A stretch of DNA of 64,000 nucleotides from Lachnospiraceae bacterium (GTDB taxonomy: Bacteria > Bacillota > Clostridia > Lachnospirales > Lachnospiraceae): assembly GCA_045629005.1 (NCBI GenBank), contig JAZQQJ010000025.1, positions 1,636 through 65,635 on the forward strand. Direction: 5' to 3'. Made by a program: the position numbers and the translations under genes. Under the pieces are notes generated by a model. It saw only the letters and a program-made list of their open reading frames with translations, was not told the origin of the DNA and ran no database searches. Shown here in pieces: positions 54,290-64,000 of the stretch (its first letter is position 1; the number at the start of each line of letters is the position of its first letter).

Positions 54290-54392
54290 TGATGTTAGCA
54301 TAATATTATTACTTTTTGCCAAATATCGCTTATCAAATATTGCTACTTTTCAAAAGCGTGTTGCTATATGATAAGTTGCGGATGGCAGCCTC

Positions 54393-56456
54393 TTATTTTT
54401 TCTTTTTCTTTGATACAAGTGCGTACGCAACCGCTCCTCCTGCAAGAAGAACGACTCCGACAATGAGTATAATGATAAGCGCAATGTTATCGTTTGAAGC
54501 TTTGTCTGAAGTATCGGCCATACCGCTTCCGTCTGCACCTGATGTAACTGCTGCGGTAATCTCGGGAACTGCCGTAGGCTCAGGAGTATTTGTCGGAGCA
54601 GGTGTAAATGTTGCTGTCGGAACGGGCGTAGGTGTATTCAAAGCCTTGTAACCCGTCTGGAATTTTTCTTCGTCTGCAAATGACCAGAACGCGAGCTTTG
54701 CCTTATAATCGTCATCAAACAAAAGAGGAAGCTGTTTTCCTTTACCGCTCTGTCCGCCAACATTGCTCTGGCTTTGGAGCCATGAGCCCTTGTCAATGAC
54801 TCCCCACCATGTAATGCCTACAAAATTGCACCCTTCATTTCGGCAACTTTTTACTATGTCATAGATTTTTTTATATCGAAGTGCCTGCTTTCTGTACTCG
54901 GATATTCTGGAAGCCTCAGAGCCGTCAAATCCCGATGTTGAAAGATCAAACTCCGTAAACATGACTTTATCAACAATCTTGCAGTAGTTCTTAATGGCGA
55001 CCTTGATATTAATGGTAGTGGGATCCTCACCGGTACCATAATGGGCCTGCATACCGATACCATCGATGCGCGTTCCTTCATAAGCCTTTACATCATTTAC
55101 AAGATTTGTAATTCCCTGGACCTTCGCAGCTCCCGTTTCTCCAAAATCATTGTAATAAAGATCTACAGCGGGATCCATATACTTATTCGCATATTTGAAT
55201 GCGTTAAGGATGTATTCATTTGAATGGTATACTGCCCACCAGCCTGTTTCAGCACCGCTTTCGGTATGTCTGTAAGAGGTGCCGTCAACTGCTTCGTTTA
55301 CAACATCCCAGCCGTAGAACATACCATAGTACTTGCTGTCAGGGCCTGTAAAATGCTCGCACATTGTCTGGATGTACCACTCAAGACGTCTGTTCATCAG
55401 TTCCGGTGAAGCAAAAGGTTTATTAACATCATAATCCTCATGGAACCACCATGCAGGTGTCTGCTGATGCCATACAAGGACATGACCGCGGACTTTAATC
55501 ATATGGTCCGGGTTATTCTGATTCCAGTCATAAATTGTATCAAGAATCTTTTCGGCACGGCTGTAGTTCAATGTTGGAACATCCAAGGGCTCTCCCTGAT
55601 AATCAATTGTATGTTTTCCCGGAACGGCATTGTTACTGTAGCCGAACATACAGTCAGGCTTCAGTTCATTGCCAAGTGTTGTGCAGTTTGCATGCTTGAA
55701 AACAAGCCCCATTGTGTTCGGATCGGAAATATCGGAGCCACAAATGGCAAGACCTACAAGGAAATCATCATCATTAAGGTCTTTCTGCATTGCTTCACAA
55801 AGATCGGGGATATTCTTTTCAACTTCAGTTGCTGAAGTATCTGCAATATAAAGACGAACGCCTGTTACATAATATGTACCCATGACGCCTGCGCCCTGAC
55901 CATACTCTGTGCCCTGTTCAAGAAGACGAAGTGCCAGGAACTCACACTCGCCAACCCATGTCGGTGCAAATGTACCTTCAAACTTTGTCCATACGCCGGG
56001 CTCAAGAATCTGTGAAACCGTACCGCCAACAAACTGGCTGTAATTGTCCACGCCATCCACACGGATGTGTGGAGAAATTTCAACCTTGCGCTGTTCGTCA
56101 GGTGCATCCTTATAATCCTCAGGATCGAGCATAACGTAAAAAGCATAACGGTACAAAGTTCCACTTTCAACCTTGCCCGTAATTTCCTGCGCAAAACACT
56201 GATAGTTGTTTGTACGATCGGTTATTTTACCGTATGTGTAAATATTACCTACAATAGGAGTTTCCGATTTTTCACAGGTGATAGTGGCACCGTTCTGGTG
56301 AGCGCTCCACTCGGAAAGATCTGTACCTTCTTCGAAATTACCATTGACGATAATGTTCTCCTCTGCAGCTTCAACCTTTCTTGCGCCTGCATTGGCCGTA
56401 AGACCTGCGGAAAGAGCAAAGAGCATTAAAACCGCCACTGTTCTTTTAAATTTCAT
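54393..56456 (-). CDS. GH10 endo-1,4-beta-xylanase with N-terminal CBM22/CBM4_9-like module and C-terminal TM anchor
   Basis: ATG 56456 follows AAGGAGGG. Has a signal peptide and an NGNFEEG CBM start. GH10 motifs WDVVNEA and MFTEFDLS. Then a P/T linker, a hydrophobic helix and KKKKK. Confidence 0.8.
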   Translation of the reverse strand: MKFKRTVAVLMLFALSAGLTANAGARKVEAAEENIIVNGNFEEGTDLSEWSAHQNGATITCEKSETPIVGNIYTYGKITDRTNNYQCFAQEITGKVESGTLYRYAFYVMLDPEDYKDAPDEQRKVEISPHIRVDGVDNYSQFVGGTVSQILEPGVWTKFEGTFAPTWVGECEFLALRLLEQGTEYGQGAGVMGTYYVTGVRLYIADTSATEVEKNIPDLCEAMQKDLNDDDFLVGLAICGSDISDPNTMGLVFKHANCTTLGNELKPDCMFGYSNNAVPGKHTIDYQGEPLDVPTLNYSRAEKILDTIYDWNQNNPDHMIKVRGHVLVWHQQTPAWWFHEDYDVNKPFASPELMNRRLEWYIQTMCEHFTGPDSKYYGMFYGWDVVNEAVDGTSYRHTESGAETGWWAVYHSNEYILNAFKYANKYMDPAVDLYYNDFGETGAAKVQGITNLVNDVKAYEGTRIDGIGMQAHYGTGEDPTTINIKVAIKNYCKIVDKVMFTEFDLSTSGFDGSEASRISEYRKQALRYKKIYDIVKSCRNEGCNFVGITWWGVIDKGSWLQSQSNVGGQSGKGKQLPLLFDDDYKAKLAFWSFADEEKFQTGYKALNTPTPVPTATFTPAPTNTPEPTAVPEITAAVTSGADGSGMADTSDKASNDNIALIIILIVGVVLLAGGAVAYALVSKKKKK

Positions 56457-56638
56457 GACACCCTCCTTGTCATATAGTTCCGCAAAAAACTTTCTTATCT
56501 GCGGAATAAAATAGTGCTTTTTTATCATACAGTAGACTTAACAGCACTTCTTCTCGTTTCTTGCTATTTTTCACTAAAAAATAAATCGCTCCTTCAAAAT
56601 CATCACTCCATCTTATAAGTTCCTTTCCTTTTATTAAC

Positions 56639-56667
56639 TTGACTGAGCCACTTTGCTGTGCTAAAAT
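56639..56667 (+). promoter_or_regulatory. Candidate sigma-A promoter of lysA
   Basis: TTGACT (56639-56644), a 17-nt spacer, then TGcTAAAAT, an extended -10 (TAAAAT at 56662-56667). Confidence 0.55.
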
Positions 56668-56717
56668 TACGAGAATTTAAAGAGGTAAAGTGTGAAAGTG
56701 CACATTAAGGAGAACGC

Positions 56718-57965
56718 ATGGAATCATTCATCAAAAAATCAAACTTCTTCGGCAATTCAAATCCCGAAGAGCTTTTAAAAGAATATGGCAGTCCTCTTTA
56801 CGTTTATAATGAGGACATCCTTCGCGATCGTATGAAGAAAATGACAGGGATTATTACTAAATATCCTTTTACAGCCAATTTTTCCGTGAAGGCAAACACA
56901 AACCTCCAAATACTTAAGCTCGCCCTTGATTGCGGAATGAATGCAGATGCAATGTCACCGGGCGAAATTCTTACCCTTGAAAGAGCAGGTTTTCCAAAGG
57001 AAAAAATCTTTTTCATCCCCAATAATGTCAGTGAAGAAGAACTCCGTTTTGCAATAGACAGAGACATCATCACAAGCCTCGATTCCATCAGTCAGCTTGA
57101 ACTCTTCGGCAAGATAAACCGTGGCGGCAGATGTGCAGTTCGTCTTAATCCCGGTATCGGAGCAGGGCACAACGACAAAGTCGTGACTGCAGGCAAAAAT
57201 ACCAAGTTTGGCGTTGCAGAAGAAGATATCGATGACATTTTTGAAGTTGCCGAAAAATACAATCTTAAAATAATCGGAATCAACCAGCATGTCGGTTCAC
57301 TCTACATGACTCCCGAGCCATTCTTGAACGCTGCAAAGGAACTTTTAAGACTTGCAGAAAGGTTTGATGACCTTGAATTCATTGACCTGGGTGGCGGCTT
57401 CGGCACTCCCTACCACAAGCTTTCCGGTGAAGAGGACTTCAATGTCAACGAACTCAGAGAAAAGCTTGAACCTATTCTTGACGAATTCGCAAAAGGCAAA
57501 AAAACAGTCCCTCTCTTTAAAAGCGAGCCAGGACGTTTTGTATGCTCCGAGGGCGGTGTTCTTCTCGGAAGGGTATACGCCAAAAAACAGAACGCAGGCA
57601 AAAAGTACATCGGTACCGACATCGGAATGAATGTGCTCATTCGTCCCGCACTTTATGATTCCTGGCACGACATTGAAGTATTCAGAAACGGATGTCTCGT
57701 ATCCCCTCTCACTTCTGAAAAGGAAGTTGTTTCCGTCACAGGCGAAATTTGTGAAAGCGGTGACCTCCTTGCCAAGGACAGAGAACTCCCCGTTATCGAA
57801 GAAGGCGACATTGTATGCGCACTTGATGCAGGCGCATACGGCTACTCAATGTGCTCCAATTACAATTCAAGGCTTCGTCCCGCAGAGGTTTTGGTAATGC
57901 ATGACGGCTCGCACAGGCTCATTCGTCGCCGTGACACCTATGAGGACCTTCTCGGACGCTTCTAA
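56718..57965 (+). CDS. lysA: Diaminopimelate decarboxylase
   Basis: AAGGAG RBS. PLP-dependent Orn/DAP/Arg decarboxylase family 2 pattern: FSVKAN Lys, GxGGGFG, and EICESGD with C-terminal AGAYGYSM. Confidence 0.85.
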   Translation: MESFIKKSNFFGNSNPEELLKEYGSPLYVYNEDILRDRMKKMTGIITKYPFTANFSVKANTNLQILKLALDCGMNADAMSPGEILTLERAGFPKEKIFFIPNNVSEEELRFAIDRDIITSLDSISQLELFGKINRGGRCAVRLNPGIGAGHNDKVVTAGKNTKFGVAEEDIDDIFEVAEKYNLKIIGINQHVGSLYMTPEPFLNAAKELLRLAERFDDLEFIDLGGGFGTPYHKLSGEEDFNVNELREKLEPILDEFAKGKKTVPLFKSEPGRFVCSEGGVLLGRVYAKKQNAGKKYIGTDIGMNVLIRPALYDSWHDIEVFRNGCLVSPLTSEKEVVSVTGEICESGDLLAKDRELPVIEEGDIVCALDAGAYGYSMCSNYNSRLRPAEVLVMHDGSHRLIRRRDTYEDLLGRF

Positions 57966-57970
57966 ACACT

Positions 57971-58441
57971 ATGAAAATACTTGTATTATCAGATTCTCAC
58001 GGACGTGAAACATACACATACGAAATAATGGCAGCCAACACCGATACTGACGTACTCATTCATCTGGGTGACGGAGAAGACGACATAGACCTCGGCCTCC
58101 GTATGCTTCCGGCCTTCGGAAATACAAAAGTAATCCGTGTGCGCGGGAATTGTGACGGTGATTCGCCGCTTCCCGAAACCTCGTTTGATAACATCGGAGA
58201 TTACAGATTCTATATTACCCATGGTTATCGCCAGTCTGTAAAAAGCGGACATTTTCTTATTCTCAGCGATGCTGTTAAGCTCAATCGCAATGTAGTTCTC
58301 TTCGGTCATACGCATGAACAGTTCTATGAAGAGAAACACGGTGTGCACCTCTTTAATCCGGGTGCCGTATGCTCATATGAGTACGGAGTAATCACTATTG
58401 ACGAGAAAGACGGAACAATCAAATTCGAGCATTTCAGATGA
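57971..58441 (+). CDS. YfcE/MJ0936-family metallophosphoesterase
   Basis: MKILVLSDSHGR, HLGDG, RGNCD and GHTH motifs. 156 aa. Confidence 0.8.
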   Translation: MKILVLSDSHGRETYTYEIMAANTDTDVLIHLGDGEDDIDLGLRMLPAFGNTKVIRVRGNCDGDSPLPETSFDNIGDYRFYITHGYRQSVKSGHFLILSDAVKLNRNVVLFGHTHEQFYEEKHGVHLFNPGAVCSYEYGVITIDEKDGTIKFEHFR

Positions 58442-58451
58442 CATGTTCACA

Positions 58452-58486
58452 CAAAAAAGCCGAAGGAAAAATCCTTCGGCTTTTTG
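58452..58486. terminator. Bidirectional intrinsic terminator
   Basis: AAAAAA, then a stem AGCCGAAGGA (58458-58467) / TCCTTCGGCT (58472-58481), then TTTT. Sits between convergent genes. Confidence 0.8.
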
Positions 58487-58500
58487 ATATCAAGTATTCA

Positions 58501-60207
58501 TCAAATCTTGAAAGCAGAAATCTTCTCGTAAAGATTGTCTGCAAGACCACTGATCTTATTTGCTTCTTCAGCAAGTACACCAATGTTTGTATTGAGCTCT
58601 TCCATTGAAGCAGCTGTCTCTTCCATTGCTGCAACGTTTTCCTGAGAAACTGTTGCAAGGCTGTTCATTGCGGAAATGATGGATTCCTTTGAACCACGAC
58701 AGTTTGTTGTCTGCTCGTTGATTTCCTGAGTAGCGCTGTTTGTATCGCCGATACCAATCTGAATATCCTCGAACTGTGTCGTTGTTCTGTTGAGCTGCTC
58801 TTCCTGCTCTGTAAGACGAACCTTTGCGTCCTTCATTGCCTGAACTGACTTCTCGGACTGCTCGTAGAGTGTACCTACAATGTCATTAATCTCTGCTGCG
58901 GACTGTGCGGACTGCTCAGCAAGCTTCTGAATTTCAGATGCAACTACTGCGAAGCCTCTGCCTGCTTCACCTGCTCTGGCAGCTTCAATAGAAGCATTGA
59001 GTGAAAGGAGATTTGTCTGGGATGCGATATTTGTAATAGCGTCAACTGCAAAACGAATCTTTTCTGCAGATTCATTTGTTGAGTAAACCTGTTTTTCAAT
59101 AATGGCAACGGCTTCTGTTGTCTTTTCGTTGGATCTCTGAAGTTCCTTAACGATTGCAACGGCTTCCTCGCCTGCTTCTTTCATGCCTTCAGCAGTGCAT
59201 CTGAGGTTATCTGCTCTCTCGGAAATCTGCTCAATCTCATTACCAATACCATTTACTGCTGTGGAAGCATTATCAATATCCTGAGACTGTGAAATGGAGC
59301 CTGAAGAAATTGCTTCAACAACATCATTGATTTCATCGGATGTTGAACTGATTGTCTTAGACATATCACTGAGAACCTTACCGGACTGGTTAAGCTCGTT
59401 GGAGGACTCAAGGATACTCTTCATAATATTGGAAAGGTCACCTCTTACTTTATTAAGGGCATGACCCATATCACCGATTTCATCGCCTCTCTGAAGGAGT
59501 TTTTCAGAAACCTCCACAGTAAGATCTGACTCTGCAATCTTCTCAAGCGAATAGGAAGCTGACTTAACCGCCTTTGCAATTGTATTGGAGAACCAGAGGA
59601 TTAAAGCTGCAACTGCCACAACAAGAACGATTGCAATGATAATGATTACTCTTGTACTCTCGCTTATAAATTCATCAACCTTTGCTGAAGGCTTACCTGC
59701 GAATACCATGCCGGCAATCTTCCCGTCAGGATTCTTGAAAGGTACATAGCATGCGTAGAAGGGCTTACCTACAACCTGTACGCTTGTGGAAGTAAATACC
59801 TTACCGCCCTTAAGTGTTTTTTCGATAACTGCGTCTGTAGCCTTTGTTCCGACTACACGCTTACCGTCCTGAATGATGGATGTAACGATACGCGTATCTT
59901 CTGCAAAGATTGTAAGCTCTGCTTCGGAATCTTTTACGAACTGATCGAGGAAGTCCTCATCACCCGTAATGTCTACGCCATCTTTATAAAGGAGGCCGTC
60001 TCTGATTTCATAAGACCCGTCGCTAAGCATTGTAGCTACAGAATGAACAAGATCCGAAAGGCCTTCAACGGTCTGATCCTGCATACCTTTTGTAAGCTTT
60101 GACTTCGCTACAACAGCGAGAACAACTACTGTGATGATGAACGGAATCAAGTTAACGATAAGGAGCTTGAACATAATACTTTTAGTGACGTTTTTCTTCT
60201 GTGACAT
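58501..60207 (-). CDS. Methyl-accepting chemotaxis protein with extracytoplasmic Cache-like sensor
   Basis: Two TM helices flank a ~160-aa sensor. Has a HAMP domain and the conserved signalling hairpin [32 protein letters not shown]. Confidence 0.9.
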   Translation of the reverse strand: MSQKKNVTKSIMFKLLIVNLIPFIITVVVLAVVAKSKLTKGMQDQTVEGLSDLVHSVATMLSDGSYEIRDGLLYKDGVDITGDEDFLDQFVKDSEAELTIFAEDTRIVTSIIQDGKRVVGTKATDAVIEKTLKGGKVFTSTSVQVVGKPFYACYVPFKNPDGKIAGMVFAGKPSAKVDEFISESTRVIIIIAIVLVVAVAALILWFSNTIAKAVKSASYSLEKIAESDLTVEVSEKLLQRGDEIGDMGHALNKVRGDLSNIMKSILESSNELNQSGKVLSDMSKTISSTSDEINDVVEAISSGSISQSQDIDNASTAVNGIGNEIEQISERADNLRCTAEGMKEAGEEAVAIVKELQRSNEKTTEAVAIIEKQVYSTNESAEKIRFAVDAITNIASQTNLLSLNASIEAARAGEAGRGFAVVASEIQKLAEQSAQSAAEINDIVGTLYEQSEKSVQAMKDAKVRLTEQEEQLNRTTTQFEDIQIGIGDTNSATQEINEQTTNCRGSKESIISAMNSLATVSQENVAAMEETAASMEELNTNIGVLAEEANKISGLADNLYEKISAFKI

Positions 60208-60346
60208 AATTGTGCCTCCCGATTACCCTTTAAAACTCTGTTTTAAATCAATGTTAGTTTCAAAAAGGAACTTTTCAGTAAAGGCATATTACCACGGAAA
60301 GTGCGTTAAATAAAGCAATTTACCGTTTTGTTAATGAAGTTTAGAA

Positions 60347-61168
60347 TCATTTAATTAACGCGAAAATCTCTTTCGCTACGCCATCTTTTTCACATTCGGG
60401 GGCAATCTTATCAGCTGCTCTCTTACACTTTTCGGTCCCGTTCGCAACGCACACGCCAAGACCTGCTGTTTCAAGCATTTCAATATCGTTATCGTTATCA
60501 CCGAAGGCAACTGTTTCCGAAGGGTCTATCCCAAGATACTCGCACGTTTTCTTAAGCCCGTTATGTTTTCCGCATAAAAGGTTTGAAAGCTCAATGTAAA
60601 GGCCGTCGGAATTAGTTACATACACTGCTTTGCCGAATTTATCCTTTACTTTGGAAACAAGTTCTTCATAGCGACCCGAAGGAGCTATAATCGTGAGCCC
60701 GTCAAGATTTCCGTCTCGTTCCTTCGCAAAATCCTTCAGATTGGCGACAGGTGTTCTCGTTGTCTGTACATACTCAACTTTTAACTGATTGAAGGAAGCA
60801 GGATTGCTGACATATTCCTGTGATGCATATGCATGTCCGTCATAATAAACCTCAACAGCCATTCTGCCTTCAGCTTCAACGAATTCAAAGAAATCCTTTA
60901 CAAACCCTTTTTGCAATGTCGTCCTGACAACAGCCTTCCCGGCTTGGACGTCATATAGCGCAACACCATTCGACGTAATAACATACTTTAGCCCTTTTAT
61001 TTCCAGGAGAGCCTTGGGCAGTGAGCCAAACGAGCGTCCTGTAGCAGGTATAAACGGAATTCCGTTTTTAATAAGCAGCTCGGCCGCTTCTTTGTTTGCT
61101 TTTGAAATCTGCCCGTCCTTATTTATAAATGTAAAGTCCAAATCACTAAAAACGGCTTTATATTTCAT
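60347..61168 (-). CDS. Cof-type HAD-IIB phosphatase
   Basis: ATG 61168 follows AAGGAG. Motifs AVFSDLDFTFI, PATGRS and FGDNDNDIEM. Confidence 0.8.
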   Translation of the reverse strand: MKYKAVFSDLDFTFINKDGQISKANKEAAELLIKNGIPFIPATGRSFGSLPKALLEIKGLKYVITSNGVALYDVQAGKAVVRTTLQKGFVKDFFEFVEAEGRMAVEVYYDGHAYASQEYVSNPASFNQLKVEYVQTTRTPVANLKDFAKERDGNLDGLTIIAPSGRYEELVSKVKDKFGKAVYVTNSDGLYIELSNLLCGKHNGLKKTCEYLGIDPSETVAFGDNDNDIEMLETAGLGVCVANGTEKCKRAADKIAPECEKDGVAKEIFALIK

Positions 61169-62334
61169 TTCAACTCCTTGTAAACCATGTTTCTGACTTT
61201 TCTTTGCAATGCCCATGTTCCTGCATCGATTTTCTGCATTCCCATGAGAATGGTAAGATCATTTTTAGGGTCGTTTGAAAAATAAGCCCCAAGCCATCCG
61301 TCCCAGCCATATTCGCCAGCTTCGCCATAGCCTACTCCCCTTCCGGGCTCATAAAGCACACGCATGAGATTTCCGTAGGAATAGCCCTGAAGTCCCTGCC
61401 AGGGGTCGAAGCCACTCTGCTGCCAGCTCTGGAGTTTTCCGGATGTCATAAACTCAACAGCCTTCTTTGAAAGAATACGTTTTCCTTCATAACTTCCACC
61501 GTTCAGAAGCATCCTTGCAAACTTTGCATAATCATCAAGAGTAGAGCAGAGTCCTGCACCGCCGGATTCAAATGCCGGTCTGTGCTCCAAGGTGTAACTT
61601 ATATCGAGGTTCGTTGTCTTGTCCTCTTCAATATTTCCGTTTGATACTTTATAGACCTGTGCCAACCTGTTTTTCTTTTCAGCAGGCACATAGAAATCCG
61701 TATCATCCATTCCAAGAGGCTCAAATATTTCTTTTTTCAGGAAATCGCCAAAAAGCATGCCGGTAACCGCTTCAACGACACCCCCGAGAATATCTGCACA
61801 TGTGCTGTAACGGAAAGTTTGTCCCGGTTGGAAAGCAAGGTCGAGTGTACCGATACGCCTTACAAGCTCCATTGTAGTCATCTCATTCGGTCCGTCTAAA
61901 CGCCCTATTGCTTCATCGAAAAGCTTTGCAGCCTGACGTGATGCCTCGCAGTCATCTCCCGGATAACACGTTCCGGCCGTCATGTTCATAAGGTTCTGCA
62001 GCGTAATAGGCTTATTTACTCTCTCTCGTCCGTTCGGTCCTGAAACCCACATGTCATTATATGTATCTATATATTTGCCCACACTGTCCTGCAAATCAAT
62101 GAGACCTCTGTCCATGAGAATCATTACCGCAGCAGATGTAATGGGCTTACTCATAGAATAAAGACGCATAATTGTATCTCTGGAAAAAGGCACTTTACCA
62201 TCAATATCCTTACAGCCGCTTTCAGCATAAGCAAGCTCTCTTCCGTTTTGAATAATCAGTGCATTGCAGCCGGCAACTTCCTTATTTTTTACTGCCTCAT
62301 CCATAACACGCTGTATTTCGATTTTAATACCCAT
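61165..62334 (-). CDS. Serine hydrolase, beta-lactamase/PBP4* family
   Basis: ATG 62334 follows GGAGGTG. SxxK motif YSMSKPIT. Its stop overlaps the downstream HAD gene start (ATGA). Confidence 0.8.
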   Translation of the reverse strand: MGIKIEIQRVMDEAVKNKEVAGCNALIIQNGRELAYAESGCKDIDGKVPFSRDTIMRLYSMSKPITSAAVMILMDRGLIDLQDSVGKYIDTYNDMWVSGPNGRERVNKPITLQNLMNMTAGTCYPGDDCEASRQAAKLFDEAIGRLDGPNEMTTMELVRRIGTLDLAFQPGQTFRYSTCADILGGVVEAVTGMLFGDFLKKEIFEPLGMDDTDFYVPAEKKNRLAQVYKVSNGNIEEDKTTNLDISYTLEHRPAFESGGAGLCSTLDDYAKFARMLLNGGSYEGKRILSKKAVEFMTSGKLQSWQQSGFDPWQGLQGYSYGNLMRVLYEPGRGVGYGEAGEYGWDGWLGAYFSNDPKNDLTILMGMQKIDAGTWALQRKVRNMVYKELK

Positions 62335-62377
62335 AATGCACCTCCGAAATGCATAAAAATATAAATCAAATATATAT

Positions 62378-62440
62378 AAAAAAAAGAAAACCTGCAATAG
62401 GTGAAACCCTTTCGGGCCACCTGTTGCAGGTTAATTTTTT
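62378..62440. terminator. Intrinsic terminator (strong on minus strand) after the CBM2 protein gene
   Basis: 15-bp stem 62389-62403/62418-62432 with one mismatch. On the minus strand it is followed by TTTCTTTTTTTT; on the plus strand by AATTTTTT. Confidence 0.75.
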
Positions 62441-62456
62441 AGTACTTAATTACAAT

Positions 62457-64000
62457 TTACTGAACGGATGTCATCTTAACGTTCTCGATAACTGCATCAG
62501 AATATGCACCGTCAGCAGGCTTTCCTGAGAATCCGAAGGAAACGTTGCCGTTTGCCCAGATTGTGGAATTCCAGTTTGCATTAGTAACTACATAGTGGTT
62601 ACCTTCATGAGAAACGATTACTGCGTTCCAGATGTTTGTAATCTCGTCTGCATAATCAAACTCGATTGTCCAGTTAACGATGTTCTCGTTGCCTGCGTTT
62701 GCAATAACGATTTCACCGTTGAAACCGTATGCCCACTCGCCTGTCTTCTTGAAGGATACGTTGTAGTCTGCTGCTGTTTCCTTTTCCTCAGAGATGAGGT
62801 CCGCAGGACCGAATGTTACTTCATCAGCTGTCTTTCTTGCGATGAAACCGAATGTGTAGCTCTCACCAACTGCAAGATTCTGCTTCCATGAAGGACAACC
62901 GATTACATAACCGCCATCGATTGTGTTAAGGAGTTCTGCGCTCCAAATCTGCTGAATCTCAAGGTTAGAAGCAACTTCTGCCTTCCAGCTCTTAATGAGC
63001 TCGTCGGAGATGTTTGTAATAGTAACTTCAAGCTGTACGCAATCATTCCAAGCGCTTACTGTCTTGAAGCTGATATCAAGCTTAGGCTCTTCAACAACAG
63101 GAGCTTCATACTTGTAGAGGTAAAGAGGCTGTGCTTCCTTAGCGCCCTCAACATATGCTCTGAAGTCTGTCTGGTAGAGGCTTAAGTATCTCTTGCAGCC
63201 TTCAAGTGTTGTACCGAACATGAAGCTTCCGTCTTCGCCTTCTTTAGCTGTGAATCTGTAAACAGGCTCATCCTTAAGTTCGAAAGGCTTTGTGGAATCC
63301 TTGCTGAGTACAAGGTACTTGCCGATTTCTGCATTGTAGAATGTGAATGTGCCATCTTCCTGAGCTGTAAGAGTCCAGATGATGTCGTTTGTAAACTCTG
63401 TGATTACACCGTCTGCTTCTGCAACTTCTACGCCAAGAGGTCTGTTGGACTTAACTGTTGAGCCCATTGCATAACCGTTGGAAACGAAGATGAACTGTCC
63501 GCCGAGAGCGATGTCTTCGAATGCAGCCTTTACATACTGTCCGCCTTCAACGAAATCTGCAGGAGCAATGATTTCGATTGTAGGAGTAGGTGTGTTTGTA
63601 GCTGTAGGAACAGGTGTATTTGTAGCTGTAGGCTCCGGAGTAGGTGTGTTTGTAGCTGTAGGCTCCGGAGTAGGTGTATTTGTTGCTGTAGGAACAGGTG
63701 TTTCTGTAGCTGTAGGAACAGGTGTCTCTGTAGGAACTGCTGTAGGAACAACTGTAGGCTGTGCCTTTACTTCGCTGTACTTGTAAAGGAAGTTCTGATA
63801 ATCAAACTGGTTAAAGATTGATTCCTTGTAGGATCTGAAGTCATTCTGGTAAATGCAGATGCCTCTGCCGTTATTCTCGGATTCAAATCTTACAGTACCG
63901 TCTTCCATGAACTTGATAGCGTATGTGCTGTCAGGTGTATCTGAAAGACCAAGACCTGAGTTATCGTTCTTAACAACGCAGAGATACTTAGCAGCTGCTG
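62457..64000 (-). CDS. Secreted modular protein with P/T linker and two C-terminal CBM2-like modules (5' end beyond right edge)
   Basis: The frame stays open upstream of track Met 63908 to base 64000 (...AAAKYLCVVKNDNSGLGLSDTPDSTYAIKF-MEDG). The two C-terminal modules have a W...N...WN...G..FGF pattern typical of CBM2. Confidence 0.65.
   Translation of the reverse strand, partial: AAAKYLCVVKNDNSGLGLSDTPDSTYAIKFMEDGTVRFESENNGRGICIYQNDFRSYKESIFNQFDYQNFLYKYSEVKAQPTVVPTAVPTETPVPTATETPVPTATNTPTPEPTATNTPTPEPTATNTPVPTATNTPTPTIEIIAPADFVEGGQYVKAAFEDIALGGQFIFVSNGYAMGSTVKSNRPLGVEVAEADGVITEFTNDIIWTLTAQEDGTFTFYNAEIGKYLVLSKDSTKPFELKDEPVYRFTAKEGEDGSFMFGTTLEGCKRYLSLYQTDFRAYVEGAKEAQPLYLYKYEAPVVEEPKLDISFKTVSAWNDCVQLEVTITNISDELIKSWKAEVASNLEIQQIWSAELLNTIDGGYVIGCPSWKQNLAVGESYTFGFIARKTADEVTFGPADLISEEKETAADYNVSFKKTGEWAYGFNGEIVIANAGNENIVNWTIEFDYADEITNIWNAVIVSHEGNHYVVTNANWNSTIWANGNVSFGFSGKPADGAYSDAVIENVKMTSVQ
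63581..63740 (-). repeat. In-frame tandem repeat encoding the Pro/Thr linker
   Basis: Two 30-bp units, 63621-63650 and 63651-63680, differ at one base. They sit within a degenerate 24-30-bp periodicity and encode PTPEPTATNT repeats. Confidence 0.8.

Noticed and set aside
56529-56717. Lysine (L-box) riboswitch upstream of lysA
   Set aside because: The best promoter (56639-56667) leaves only a roughly 45-nt leader, which is far shorter than the ~180-nt L-box. I see no conserved L-box helices.
1-64000. Prophage, transposon, integrative element, toxin-antitoxin or known anti-phage defence system
   Set aside because: I recognised no integrase, transposase, recombinase, terminal inverted repeats, tRNA target, capsid/terminase genes or hallmark defence genes. 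The only compositional oddity is the AT-rich block at 30.5-33.5 kb.

Overview
This 64-kb segment reads like the chromosome of a fibrolytic anaerobic Firmicute. The Clostridia (Oscillospiraceae/Lachnospiraceae-like) placement is inferred from gene content only. It holds about 50 tightly packed protein genes. I recognised no rRNA, tRNA, CRISPR array, transposase, integrase or phage genes. All family calls come from motif recognition by eye, not from searches.

Gene content from left to right:
- A truncated multi-pass membrane protein (missing from the ORF track), then a complete rnfCDGEAB operon and a nitroreductase.
- A cytoplasmic FG-GAP propeller, a GH13 enzyme, a Na/Pi transporter and an RsmJ-like methyltransferase.
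- A BceRS/BceAB-type peptide-antibiotic module with an adjacent DgkA-like kinase, and a CE12/SGNH lipoprotein.
- An unusual heterodimeric ABC-exporter operon. Both halves carry N-terminal PH-like plus zinc-ribbon modules, and one carries an FG/RG glycine tract. A DUF1854-like gene sits between them, and the leader is highly structured.
- Small accessory genes: a bPH membrane protein, an XRE regulator with a membrane partner, and a DUF5662-like gene with a WYL regulator behind a repeat array.
- A sortase-type 5'-nucleotidase.
- A RiPP-like cassette: a leader-like 162-aa protein, an ABC exporter, a PqqD/RRE-HPrK-like kinase fusion and an S24/S26 peptidase.
- Two tandem four-Cys paralogs of unknown family.
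- A roughly 13.5-kb double ABC sugar-importer operon. It contains a Yip1/NHL/DUF5696-like trio and a roughly 980-aa binding protein.
- An AraC regulator; GH5, GH5 and GH10 genes; lysA; a YfcE-like gene; an MCP; a Cof HAD hydrolase; a serine hydrolase; and a truncated CBM2 protein.

The strongest candidates for undescribed biology are the RRE-kinase cassette, the PH/Zn-ribbon ABC-DUF1854 operon, the Yip1/NHL/DUF5696 importer cassette and the four-Cys paralog pair.
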